The notes under the pieces: generated by a model
The model's input: only the letters and a program-made list of their open reading frames with translations
What the model was told of the DNA's origin: nothing
Database searches by the model: none
Shown here: positions 19,557-28,240 of the stretch, one piece after another
Numbering within the stretch: the stretch's first letter is position 1
Layout of the letters: every line of letters starts with the position of its first letter
Translations under genes and position numbers: made by a program
Sequence record: DRR723986_3469
Strand: one strand, 5' to 3'
DNA: 38,981 nucleotides

Positions 19557-20575
19557 GGCAATCTCCGGAAATACGAGCTGTTCAGTCCCCAAGTCACCGC
19601 CAACATAAGCAGCGCGAATCCAACGGGGTACCCGAATAGTTCATTGTGTTTCAAGAATCGGGTCTCAGCGACCTCGGTCCGCTCCATTTGATCTATCTCT
19701 TCGTAAACGCCCTTCAGCGAACCCGCGTCCTGTGCACGAAAATACTGGCCACCAGTCGCATCGGCGATCTTCTTCAAAGTACCTTCGTCGATTTCGACTT
19801 GCATCTCGACGACTCGAGTTCGCCCGAAAGCGTCTTGGACCGGGATAGGAGCGTAGCCATCGGTTCCGGCACCAATTGCATAAACTTTGATGCCGAATTC
19901 CGTAGCCAGCTCAGCCGCCTGTAGCGGCGTGATAACTCCGGAATTGTTCACTCCATCCGTCAGCAGGATCACCACTCGGCTTTTTGCCTTACTACGCCGG
20001 AGTCGCTCAACAGCGAGACCAAGCCCGTCGCCAATCGCCGTTCCATCTTCTGATTGCAGGTTGACGACCGACAAATCTTTGGCGATGTTGGCCAAGTTGG
20101 CATGGTCCAGCGTCAGAGGGCAAACGCTGTCTGCGTAGCCTGCAAATGTTACCAGCCCGACTAGATCATCCGGCCGCCCATTGAGTCCATCTGCACCAAT
20201 GATGAAATCCGCGAATACATCTTTAACAACATCGAGACGATTCACTCGTTGATCATCTTCAACCAAGTCACGAGCGTTCATGCTACCGGACCGGTCAATG
20301 ACCATCATGATCGCAATGCCGTCACGCGAGACACGCGATTCGGCGATTGGAATCCTTGGTCGAGCTAGGCCAGCCACCAAACCAATCCAGGCAGCGCAGG
20401 CGGTCAAGATCGGAATGATCGCGAGTCTCTGCCGCAAACTTCTTGTTGCACTCGGAACTATTTCAAGCGATGAAAACGTAACGACTGCGCTCGGGCGACG
20501 AAGCAAATGTACTAGCAGGGGGAGCAGCAGCAACAACGCAAAAAACCACGGGTTCTTCCACTGGATGTCAAACAT
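19553..20575 (-). CDS. batA: BatA-like VWA domain membrane protein
   Basis: NPWFF.LLL N-terminus; LARP; MIDAS DRSGS; GTAIGDGL; LLTDGVNN; TGGQYFRA; C-terminal RRLP. ATG 20575 preferred over 20695. Confidence 0.92.
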   Translation of the reverse strand: MFDIQWKNPWFFALLLLLPLLVHLLRRPSAVVTFSSLEIVPSATRSLRQRLAIIPILTACAAWIGLVAGLARPRIPIAESRVSRDGIAIMMVIDRSGSMNARDLVEDDQRVNRLDVVKDVFADFIIGADGLNGRPDDLVGLVTFAGYADSVCPLTLDHANLANIAKDLSVVNLQSEDGTAIGDGLGLAVERLRRSKAKSRVVILLTDGVNNSGVITPLQAAELATEFGIKVYAIGAGTDGYAPIPVQDAFGRTRVVEMQVEIDEGTLKKIADATGGQYFRAQDAGSLKGVYEEIDQMERTEVAETRFLKHNELFGYPVGFALLMLAVTWGLNSSYFRRLP

Positions 20576-21767
20576 CAGAACCTCCCGCCCGCTCAGCAGT
20601 TGGTCTTGTGTCCCATCTATTAGCTGAAGGTGAATCTGCTTGAGGAGCCGCCTCCAGCCCCCCCGATCCACCTCTCTGTTCGCCCTGAGTTCCACCGACG
20701 ACTGCTACATCGCCTGAAGCAGCAACTCTATCTGTTGTACTACTGTTTCCGCCAGTGTCAGCCGTCTGAGCACCAGGCTTCGTTTCACGGAGAAACTGGG
20801 TTGCCAGCTCCAGTGAACGATTGACATCATCATTCCCGGCTTGAACGCCCGCGAATTTGATCATGTCCGCCTGTTCAAGGAACTCCTTCAAGAGCCCTTG
20901 ATGGTGACCGCTGAGCTCCTGACTCTCCGACGCTCTTGCCAAGAATTCGTCGGTCGTCAAATCGGGCGCCTTAATTGAAAACCGCCCCTCGACGTACTCC
21001 CGAATCGCAGCCGAGATTTCGACGAAAAACTCATCAATACTCAGACTCGGAGTAGCTTGGCCCCGATCCCTTCGCAACAAATCAAGCCGCTGACTCGCAA
21101 CCTCAAAGGGTGATAAGGACCGTGAACCGGTACGTCTTCGCAGCAAAACGACGCCAACGATTGCCGCTAGAGCAACCGCAACCAAGGCCGCGAGCCAGTA
21201 CCAAGATTTAGAACTTGCCGATTCGGCCACGATCTCGAGCTTGGGCATCGGCGGTGCCAAAGTGGTCTCCCCTGGGTCCAGCACCGACTGAACCTCGAAA
21301 TCGATTCGGTCACTCAAGATCTCGTAGGCGTCGAAATCGTCGGGCGTCGCTTGCTGCCCTGGGCGATTGTCAACGAACTCAACCAAAATGGGCGGAATTG
21401 ACTGCGGCCCAGATGTAATTGGCTGCAATGTATAAATCTGAGTCTCGACTCGTTGGTCGCCTTGCTCCTCGCTCTTTGGCACAAACTCAAGCACAGAATA
21501 CTTCGAAAGTGCCTCTCCAAATTCAGGCATCAGAAGTTCGACCCCATTCTCCGCAATCGCTCGAATGGTCAGTTTCACTTGATCGCCGATCACGGGCGCT
21601 GCTGGTGATAACTCCAGCTCGACCGTTACCGGGCCAACCGCTTTCTGTTGATTCAGTGACGCCGCATCGGATTGCCCATGCAAATCGCCTGCAGAAAGCA
21701 GACCAAGGCCAAGGCATATCAACACCGTGCGCACCGAGCAGGTGGTTGCTGTGTGGTTTCGAGTCAT
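20568..21767 (-). CDS. Bat-operon membrane protein (BatD-like N-domain, TM helix, DUF4381-like C-domain)
   Basis: Signal peptide; PVIGD; single TM helix; IREYVEGRF...DLTTDEFL...ADMIKFA typical of the gene lying between DUF58 and batA. Confidence 0.82.
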   Translation of the reverse strand: MTRNHTATTCSVRTVLICLGLGLLSAGDLHGQSDAASLNQQKAVGPVTVELELSPAAPVIGDQVKLTIRAIAENGVELLMPEFGEALSKYSVLEFVPKSEEQGDQRVETQIYTLQPITSGPQSIPPILVEFVDNRPGQQATPDDFDAYEILSDRIDFEVQSVLDPGETTLAPPMPKLEIVAESASSKSWYWLAALVAVALAAIVGVVLLRRRTGSRSLSPFEVASQRLDLLRRDRGQATPSLSIDEFFVEISAAIREYVEGRFSIKAPDLTTDEFLARASESQELSGHHQGLLKEFLEQADMIKFAGVQAGNDDVNRSLELATQFLRETKPGAQTADTGGNSSTTDRVAASGDVAVVGGTQGEQRGGSGGLEAAPQADSPSANRWDTRPTAERAGGSDV

Positions 21768-22717
21768 CGGCGTCTCCTTTCGCGCATCCGAAAGAATTTT
21801 GCAACCGGATCAACGATATCCGCCGACGCATCGATGTGAATGAAGTCGATTTTCGCTCGCCGAAACTTCTTTTCAAGTTCGTCAGCACGTTGATGTGCAC
21901 CGGCAGCGTACCGATCACGCAGTTCCCTGGAACTGGAGTCAACCTCAATCGTTTGGCCGGTTTCGGGATCGTAGAGTGTTGCGACACCCACGCTGGGCAA
22001 TTCGCTTTCTCGTGGATCTGTAACTAGGACAGCGATGACGTCGTGTTTTGCGGCCGCCATTTGCAAAGTACGCAGGTAGTCATCGTCAAAGAAGTCACTT
22101 ACCACGAAGCACACCGCCCGACGACGTGTCACTTTGAGCAAAAATTCAACGGCTCGCGAAATGTTCGTTTGGTTTTCTGCACGCACCTGCGGCATCCGCC
22201 GACGAGGCAGAAGCCAATCTGCAAACGATTTTCGAACGCCTCGGCTGTTTGCCTCTGGCTCGTGGGTCAATACCTCTCGGACCACGCGCAGGGCGTGCTT
22301 CTGACCTTTTCTTGCAGGGATATATTGTTCGATGTCACCATGAAAAAGAGTAAGTCCAACTTTGTCATCACTGAACGTCGCGGAAAAGGCAAGCAGGGCA
22401 CAAAGCTCCGCTGCAGCCTCACGTTTGGAGCGTCTGCCGGACCCAAACTCTTGACTTGGCGAAACATCAGCCATCAACATCAACGTTAACTGGCGTTCTT
22501 CTACATAACGCTTGACGAAAGGTTCGCCCATTCGCGCAGTCACGTTCCAGTCGATGGTTCGAATTTCGTCTCCAGGAACGTACGGACGCACTTCGTCAAA
22601 TTCGATCCCGCGTCCTTTGAACACGGACGAATATTGTCCTGCAAGAACGTCTGCGACCTGACGTCCAGTCCGAACCTGGATCTCTCGAACTCTCTGTATG
22701 ACCTCACGTGCAAGCAT
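21764..22717 (-). CDS. DUF58 domain protein (MoxR-associated)
   Basis: GQYSSVFKGRGIEFDEVRPYVPGDEIRTIDWNVTAR...VKRYVEER; VSDF. Confidence 0.95.
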   Translation of the reverse strand: MLAREVIQRVREIQVRTGRQVADVLAGQYSSVFKGRGIEFDEVRPYVPGDEIRTIDWNVTARMGEPFVKRYVEERQLTLMLMADVSPSQEFGSGRRSKREAAAELCALLAFSATFSDDKVGLTLFHGDIEQYIPARKGQKHALRVVREVLTHEPEANSRGVRKSFADWLLPRRRMPQVRAENQTNISRAVEFLLKVTRRRAVCFVVSDFFDDDYLRTLQMAAAKHDVIAVLVTDPRESELPSVGVATLYDPETGQTIEVDSSSRELRDRYAAGAHQRADELEKKFRRAKIDFIHIDASADIVDPVAKFFRMRERRRR

Positions 22718-22842
22718 GATTGTCCTACTGTCGCGTCACTTTCAACCCGGCCGTCCAAAACACACTTCGAAACAATCTACGCCCTGCTCAGATTCATAGA
22801 ATATGAAAAGCGGGCGATCTTTGGCCTTTCTTTCAGCTTTCC

Positions 22843-23829
22843 TTACGGCACAGCAACGTTGTCGAGAATCGACTGAATAATGTCATCCTGACTCTTGCCT
22901 TCGGCCTCTGCTTCATAAGTCAAAATGACGCGATGCCGAAGGATCTCCGGTGCAATACTCTTCACATCGTGCGGCGTCACGTAGCTGCGATTCTGCAGAA
23001 ACGCGTGAGCCTTCGCCGCCTTCATCAGACTAATCGAAGCTCGCGGACTTGCTCCGGTTTCAATCATATGCTCCAGACCTGGAACTTGGTATTCTTGCGG
23101 AGCGCGGGTCGCCCGGGCAAGATCTACTAGATAGTTCCGCACCTTCTCGTCAATCCAAATCTGCTCGACGACCTTCCGTGCTTCAAGTATTTGCTCTGGA
23201 GTGGTGACCTTGCGGATTTCAGGTATCGGGGCACCACTGGCCATCCGGTCCACAACCTTGCGTTCCTCTTCCTTGGTCGGATACCCAACGACGACCTTCA
23301 ACATAAAGCGGTCGACTTGAGCTTCAGGCAGCGGATACGTCCCTTCCTGTTCGATGGGATTCTGCGTTGCCAAGACCAAGAATGGCTCCTCCAACGGATA
23401 GGTTTCGCCGCCGATGGTGCCCTGCCGTTCCTGCATTGCCTCCAAAAGCGCGGCCTGCACTTTGGCCGGAGCGCGATTAATTTCGTCGGCGAGAATCAAG
23501 TTCGAAAAAATGGGGCCTTTCCGAACTACATAGGTGGCTTCTTTGGGGTTGAAGATCTCTGTTCCAATGACATCCGCTGGCAACATATCCGGCGTAAACT
23601 GGATTCTTGAAAACCCGGTATCGATGGCAGTCGAGAGTGCTCGGATGGTCAGCGTTTTCGCTAGCCCAGGTAACCCCTCCAGTAAAACGTGCCCACCGGC
23701 AAGCAGACCGACGATGAGCCGTGACAGCATATGGTCCTGGCCAACCAACACGCGACCAACTTCGTCACGCAGGTTATTGCACATCTCAGCATGTACCTTG
23801 ATCGCTTCATCCAACTGCGGTGCAGACAT
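22843..23829 (-). CDS. moxR: MoxR family AAA+ ATPase
   Basis: GHVLLEGLPGLAKT; RIQFTPDMLPAD; DEINRAPAKVQAALLEAM; ATQNPIEQEGTYPLPEAQVDRF; GASPR. ATG 23829 preferred. Confidence 0.97.
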   Translation of the reverse strand: MSAPQLDEAIKVHAEMCNNLRDEVGRVLVGQDHMLSRLIVGLLAGGHVLLEGLPGLAKTLTIRALSTAIDTGFSRIQFTPDMLPADVIGTEIFNPKEATYVVRKGPIFSNLILADEINRAPAKVQAALLEAMQERQGTIGGETYPLEEPFLVLATQNPIEQEGTYPLPEAQVDRFMLKVVVGYPTKEEERKVVDRMASGAPIPEIRKVTTPEQILEARKVVEQIWIDEKVRNYLVDLARATRAPQEYQVPGLEHMIETGASPRASISLMKAAKAHAFLQNRSYVTPHDVKSIAPEILRHRVILTYEAEAEGKSQDDIIQSILDNVAVP

Positions 23830-24042
23830 TCGTGCTACTTTCCTCTCAATCGATGAATTTTGGCGTGCCCCCAAAGTGGAACCAACGAGCCCCCGCTAGC
23901 AGGAATTCGCATCAGCCCGCAAAGTTTAACCTTGTCAAGTCTCTTCACACAGCCCGCTTGTCACCACGAGCGTTCCACCGGCTCAAATGCAAACTCTTGC
24001 GGAATCGCCGAGTCCGCTAACCGCACTACGGAACAAATGATC

Positions 24043-24843
24043 TCACTTCCGCATGGTGATTCCGTGGATGAAGATCCCGGCTGCGACGCTCACGTTCAAC
24101 GAGTCGGTCCCTGAATGCATTTGCAGGCCAACTTCGAAAGTGCAAGCGTCGATGACCTCTTCGGGCAACCCATGGTATTCGTTGCCGAACCAGACAATGA
24201 CAGGATGATCTTGTCCAGCCTCACAAAGGGCCTTCTGTAGCGTGGTTGCGCTCTCGCGAAGAGACGTTGCCACCGAAATAACTTTGTTGCTCGCCAGCCA
24301 TTGCGAAAGCTCACCAACGGTTCCGCAGCGGTGAATGTCCAACTTGAGCGCATTACCCATCGAAACTCTCAGGCTTCGCCGCGAAAGCGGGTCACAACAG
24401 TGCGGCCCAACCACTACCTTTTCGACTCCAAATGCCGCACAGGTTCTTAGTATCGTCCCCATATTCTGCTGATCTTCGACGCCGACAAGCCCGACGCATG
24501 TGTCGCCGCTTTGGGGCTCCAGTTCGGCAAGGCATGCTTGTGGTTGTCGCTTACCGCACGCCAAGACTCCCCGGTGAAACTCAAAGCCCGCTACTTCTCG
24601 AACTAATTCGTGAGGCAGGACGAGCACATCGACGGTCGGCGGAAATGTGTCTGCGAAACGCGGAAGAAATTTTTCGTCGAGCAGAATACTTTGAACTTTG
24701 AACTGACTCTCCAGCAAGGACGCGACCAGTTGCGGACCTTCAGCGATAAAGATCCCACTGCCTTCTACCCAACTGCGTTGTCGCAAATGGCGATACGGTT
24801 CAAGCCGGTCGTCTTCAGGATCGCCGATTTGGAAATACGTCAT
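24043..24843 (-). CDS. TrmH/SpoU family RNA methyltransferase
   Basis: FIAEG; NMGTILRT..AFG; RRSLRVSMG; FGNEYHGL; DSLNVSVAAGI (SPOUT motifs). Confidence 0.95.
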   Translation of the reverse strand: MTYFQIGDPEDDRLEPYRHLRQRSWVEGSGIFIAEGPQLVASLLESQFKVQSILLDEKFLPRFADTFPPTVDVLVLPHELVREVAGFEFHRGVLACGKRQPQACLAELEPQSGDTCVGLVGVEDQQNMGTILRTCAAFGVEKVVVGPHCCDPLSRRSLRVSMGNALKLDIHRCGTVGELSQWLASNKVISVATSLRESATTLQKALCEAGQDHPVIVWFGNEYHGLPEEVIDACTFEVGLQMHSGTDSLNVSVAAGIFIHGITMRK

Positions 24844-25247
24844 TCGAAGTCCGACCGGGCAGGGGAGGGTAGTAGGGCTGAACCGCTTCGCGCGGCATTT
24901 TCGTCTCCGCTACTGCGTTTGTCCAGCGACAGTGTTTCTCTAGTTTTATCTAGCTGCAGCTCGGCAATCGCAAAACTTGCAGAGTCGGCGATTGGCACGT
25001 TCCCAACAGTTTCATCTCATTCTGCTAAGCCCATGTGGGCGAAGGCTGGCGGCTCGTCGAGCAAGCAGTTGCATTTTCGCTGAACCTTGGGCGATTAGAA
25101 AACGTTAAACTATTGATAGCTCCACGCCACTGTGTGCTTTCGCCAACGCAATTGTGGCTCACGCACTGCCACCGAGAACCTTCTTGCCCTCCTGCGCAGG
25201 CCTAGCCTGTCCCACCTACATTCGATGCCTTTCTGGCGAGGACCGAA

Positions 25248-26285
25248 ATGGACCAGCATCCCCTCGATTCACGATCGTCTGATGCTGGCCACATTCCTGA
25301 TGCTGGCGACAGTGAAGCGTCCAACGTCGAAGGTTCCGTCCTGCAGGAGCTTCAGGGGCTGCGTGGCGAAATTGCAAACATGCGAGCTGAACTGGCCGAG
25401 CTGACGTCTAAGCGGCGGAGTTGGGCGATGTTCCGCCCGAGCCTCCGAACCTTGTTCATTTTGACCGCTCTGATTGCGTGCTGGTTCTCTTGGATGGGCT
25501 ACGAAATCCGGCGAAGCCGACGGATCGACGACGCAGCAAAGGAACTCGCAAGACTGGGCGCGAGTATTTCCACAAAGCCCTCCGAACGCTTGTTCGTTTC
25601 GCTACTCCCCGGCAACCCAGCATCGCCGCCAATCGCCGTTCGCGCAATGATGGGCAGGGAACTATTTGTCGAACCAGCAACAATGAACCTTGTTCGCCAA
25701 CGCCTCCAACCACTCGATGCATCTGAGCAAGACAAGCTGTTTGAGATGTTGGGGAAATTTGATTCACTAACCAGTCTACGATTGGATAGCAAAATCGTTT
25801 CACCTGAGCACATGAGCTCGATTTTCAAAATGAAGGACCTAAAATCACTCACGCTTCGGAATACTCGACTGTACCGCGGCGCAATGCCAGGCTTGGCGGA
25901 ACTGCCGCTTCACTCACTCGATGTGTCCCACACCCTCTTTGATGACGAAGCGGTCAAATCACTCGCGGGAAGCCAAGACCTACGCGTCCTCAAGATGGAC
26001 CGGACTGCCATTACTGAGTCTGCACTCCTGACACTCGCCAGTTTGCGTGATCTTAGAGAACTACACATCCGGCGCTGCAATATATCACTAAAGGCGGTTC
26101 AAGAGTTTTCGAAACAAATGCCCAATTGTTTCATAGAATACGAGCCGCTCATTTTCGACGCACAGGGACGCGTCAGCAGCCGAGTCAGCTATCGGCAGCG
26201 GCAACAATTCGGCACGCGTTCACGTGGATCCTACAACTATGTACCAACGCCGTACGGCGTATGGGGAGGTATCGGCAGGTTCTAA
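25248..26285 (+). CDS. Membrane-anchored leucine-rich-repeat protein
   Basis: Coiled coil, then FRPSLRTLF and a TM helix, then LRRs (LTSLRLDS, LKSLTLRNT, LHSLDVSHT, LRVLKMDRT, LRELHIRRC). Confidence 0.85.
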   Translation: MDQHPLDSRSSDAGHIPDAGDSEASNVEGSVLQELQGLRGEIANMRAELAELTSKRRSWAMFRPSLRTLFILTALIACWFSWMGYEIRRSRRIDDAAKELARLGASISTKPSERLFVSLLPGNPASPPIAVRAMMGRELFVEPATMNLVRQRLQPLDASEQDKLFEMLGKFDSLTSLRLDSKIVSPEHMSSIFKMKDLKSLTLRNTRLYRGAMPGLAELPLHSLDVSHTLFDDEAVKSLAGSQDLRVLKMDRTAITESALLTLASLRDLRELHIRRCNISLKAVQEFSKQMPNCFIEYEPLIFDAQGRVSSRVSYRQRQQFGTRSRGSYNYVPTPYGVWGGIGRF

Positions 26286-26307
26286 TATCAGGCCACAAGA
26301 AGTACGA

Positions 26308-27816
26308 ATGCCCCAACCGTCCTCCAGTGAAGACTCTCATCCCGTTCTCCGCTTCTGCCTGGGGCTTCTTTGCCTTGGCTTTTTGCTTTTTCCAATTGTG
26401 TTCATCGTCGGAGCCATTTTGTCTCCGCCCGTGGAACTGCGCAACTGGGTTGGAGGCGCCACGTTTGTTGGCTCATTCGGTTCATTCGGAATTATTCTTT
26501 CAACGCTCTTAGTATTAATCTTGGACGGACTGTCCACGGAACGAAGGCTGAAATCTGAACACCCAGATGAGCCATGGCTCCACCATAAGCAGTGGGCTAA
26601 CGGAAAAACGCGACCGCCCCTTATGGTTCGCGCTTTTCTTTGGCTATGCATCGCTGTGGCGGCCAATTCGATAAGCTTCGGAAGCCTGGCTATGCTCCTA
26701 ATCGATCAGGGCCGTATCCCAGCTAGCGACTTTGCCCTCCTGCTCATCATCGTGATAGGTTTCTGCATTTTTAGCCTCTGCGGCTTGGCTATTGCCGTTG
26801 GACGCATCGGATTTGCGGTGAAGTTCGGAAACGTCTTCTGCAGATTTGGATGTCCGCCGTTCGAACCTGGTGACGCAGTTAGATGTACAATTGATTGGGC
26901 TGATGCTGCCCGCCCATCGGGCACCGTTCTTCTCCAGCTTACCTGCAATATCGCGGTAGAAATCGAGGAGAGAATCAACGACGATGGGCGAAGCTCTTAC
27001 GCCCACGTGGTCTGGCAAAGTGGACACTTAATCGACGTGCAACCTGACGGGAATGGGCATAGCCTGACCGAAACACCCACTCGATTTGAGCTCCCACAAA
27101 AGGCTCCAGACTCTGGTGCAGGAAATAACACCACGTGGTCGCTTGAAGTGTCTTGGAATGATGGCTTTGGAGTAAAGCGGGCACTCGACTTTGAAGTACC
27201 CGTATTCCGAACAGGCCAGCGCGAAGAGTCAGTGAGAGACGCAGCATCAGAATTTGACGCGAACTACTCCACACAACTCGGGCACGGAGTGCATCAACGT
27301 GTCGGCTCCCTCGTTGAGCATCTAGAGTTTTATCATGGCGATTGCGACCGACAAGCAAACGGAACGACTACTGTTCGGTTGCCAATGCAGGACACGCCCC
27401 GGTGGTTCTCCATGCTAACCAGCCTAGTGGCTGTGTCGATGATCAGCGCGGTGGCTTACTGGCTACTGATACAGTTCGGTCAGGGAATTCATGCGATAGC
27501 ATGCCTGCTCCCATTTTGTCTTCTCGCGAGAAGTAGCCAACAGAAGCTAGTGCTCGATGTGAGTGGCCTGACCTTCAATTCATCCTGGTTCGGGATATGG
27601 CGGGATCGCACCATTGCCTGGAACGAGATCAAGGACTTTCGTCGTGAGCAAGTCGGCGTATCCCATTGGGGATTCGGTTTGCATCAGGTCGCTGCCATAT
27701 TGCACAACGGCAAGAAAATCGTTCTGCTACCGAACGCAAGATCACTCACGCTCGCACGGCAAATCACTGCGATGCTTGAAAAGGAAGCTCCGCGTAAGCT
27801 GCAGCACGCCTCGTGA
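26308..27816 (+). CDS. Hypothetical multi-pass membrane protein
   Basis: About 502 aa from ATG 26308; several TM helices; HPDEPWL...W motif; beta-rich middle domain ending FEVPVF; C-terminal PH-like segment (I.W.EI). Confidence 0.8.
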   Translation: MPQPSSSEDSHPVLRFCLGLLCLGFLLFPIVFIVGAILSPPVELRNWVGGATFVGSFGSFGIILSTLLVLILDGLSTERRLKSEHPDEPWLHHKQWANGKTRPPLMVRAFLWLCIAVAANSISFGSLAMLLIDQGRIPASDFALLLIIVIGFCIFSLCGLAIAVGRIGFAVKFGNVFCRFGCPPFEPGDAVRCTIDWADAARPSGTVLLQLTCNIAVEIEERINDDGRSSYAHVVWQSGHLIDVQPDGNGHSLTETPTRFELPQKAPDSGAGNNTTWSLEVSWNDGFGVKRALDFEVPVFRTGQREESVRDAASEFDANYSTQLGHGVHQRVGSLVEHLEFYHGDCDRQANGTTTVRLPMQDTPRWFSMLTSLVAVSMISAVAYWLLIQFGQGIHAIACLLPFCLLARSSQQKLVLDVSGLTFNSSWFGIWRDRTIAWNEIKDFRREQVGVSHWGFGLHQVAAILHNGKKIVLLPNARSLTLARQITAMLEKEAPRKLQHAS

Positions 27817-27875
27817 CTGCATCGGCTCAGCAGTTCGCCGTCTGATCTCACACGACAGTGGATTGCCACTAGCAC

Positions 27876-27911
27876 CCAGTTCGTCCAAAGCAACCAGTTC
27901 GTCCGAAGCAA
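27876..27911. repeat. 18-bp tandem duplication
   Basis: ccagttcgtccaaagcaa ccagttcgtccgaagcaa (one mismatch) in the convergent intergenic gap. Confidence 0.8.
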
Positions 27912-27918
27912 ACGGTTG

Positions 27919-28086
27919 TCAACCGCGCCCGCCCTCGCAACATGTTTCACAGATACGATGACAACGCGAGCACTGTAACTTAGCTCGTATTTCGATGAGT
28001 TTCCCTCCGCAGACAGGGCATGCTGGTTTACAGCTTTCCGTCGAGGGCTCTTGCTTTTCGTTCGCTGACAATGTCTTCGCCTCCAT
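27919..28086 (-). CDS. Cys-rich zinc-ribbon-type small protein (55 aa; below the ORF-track cutoff)
   Basis: MEAKTLSANEKQEPSTESCKPACPVCGGKLIEIRAKLQCSRCHRICETCCEGGRG*; an alternative TTG start at 28071 has GGAGG 8 nt upstream. Confidence 0.85.
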   Translation of the reverse strand: MEAKTLSANEKQEPSTESCKPACPVCGGKLIEIRAKLQCSRCHRICETCCEGGRG

Positions 28087-28240
28087 GCTAACAATCGACT
28101 CGTCTAGTTGTCCGTCAGTGATTTTCAGACTTCACTCGCTCGGGTAATCCTCTGCGTGAATTATAGACAAATCACCCACCGATGGTCGTCATCTTTGTGG
28201 GGAGGACTTCCGCAATTTGACTCAATACCCGGAGCGAGCG

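Noticed and set aside
24840-25034. Minus-strand frame ending in an ATGA overlap with trmH (52 aa from GTG 24998, with an upstream in-frame TGA at 25017-25019 as possible readthrough)
   Set aside because: No SD, no recognisable motif, and no redox context or evident SECIS-like hairpin; likely chance.
27876-27911. 18-bp tandem repeat as a CRISPR remnant or insertion target-site duplication
   Set aside because: Only two abutting copies, with no spacer and no transposase or integrase nearby.
27684-28094. 136-aa minus-strand ORF from the track
   Set aside because: It overlaps the upstream gene's 3' end and is out of frame with the far more convincing Cys-rich 55-aa ORF.
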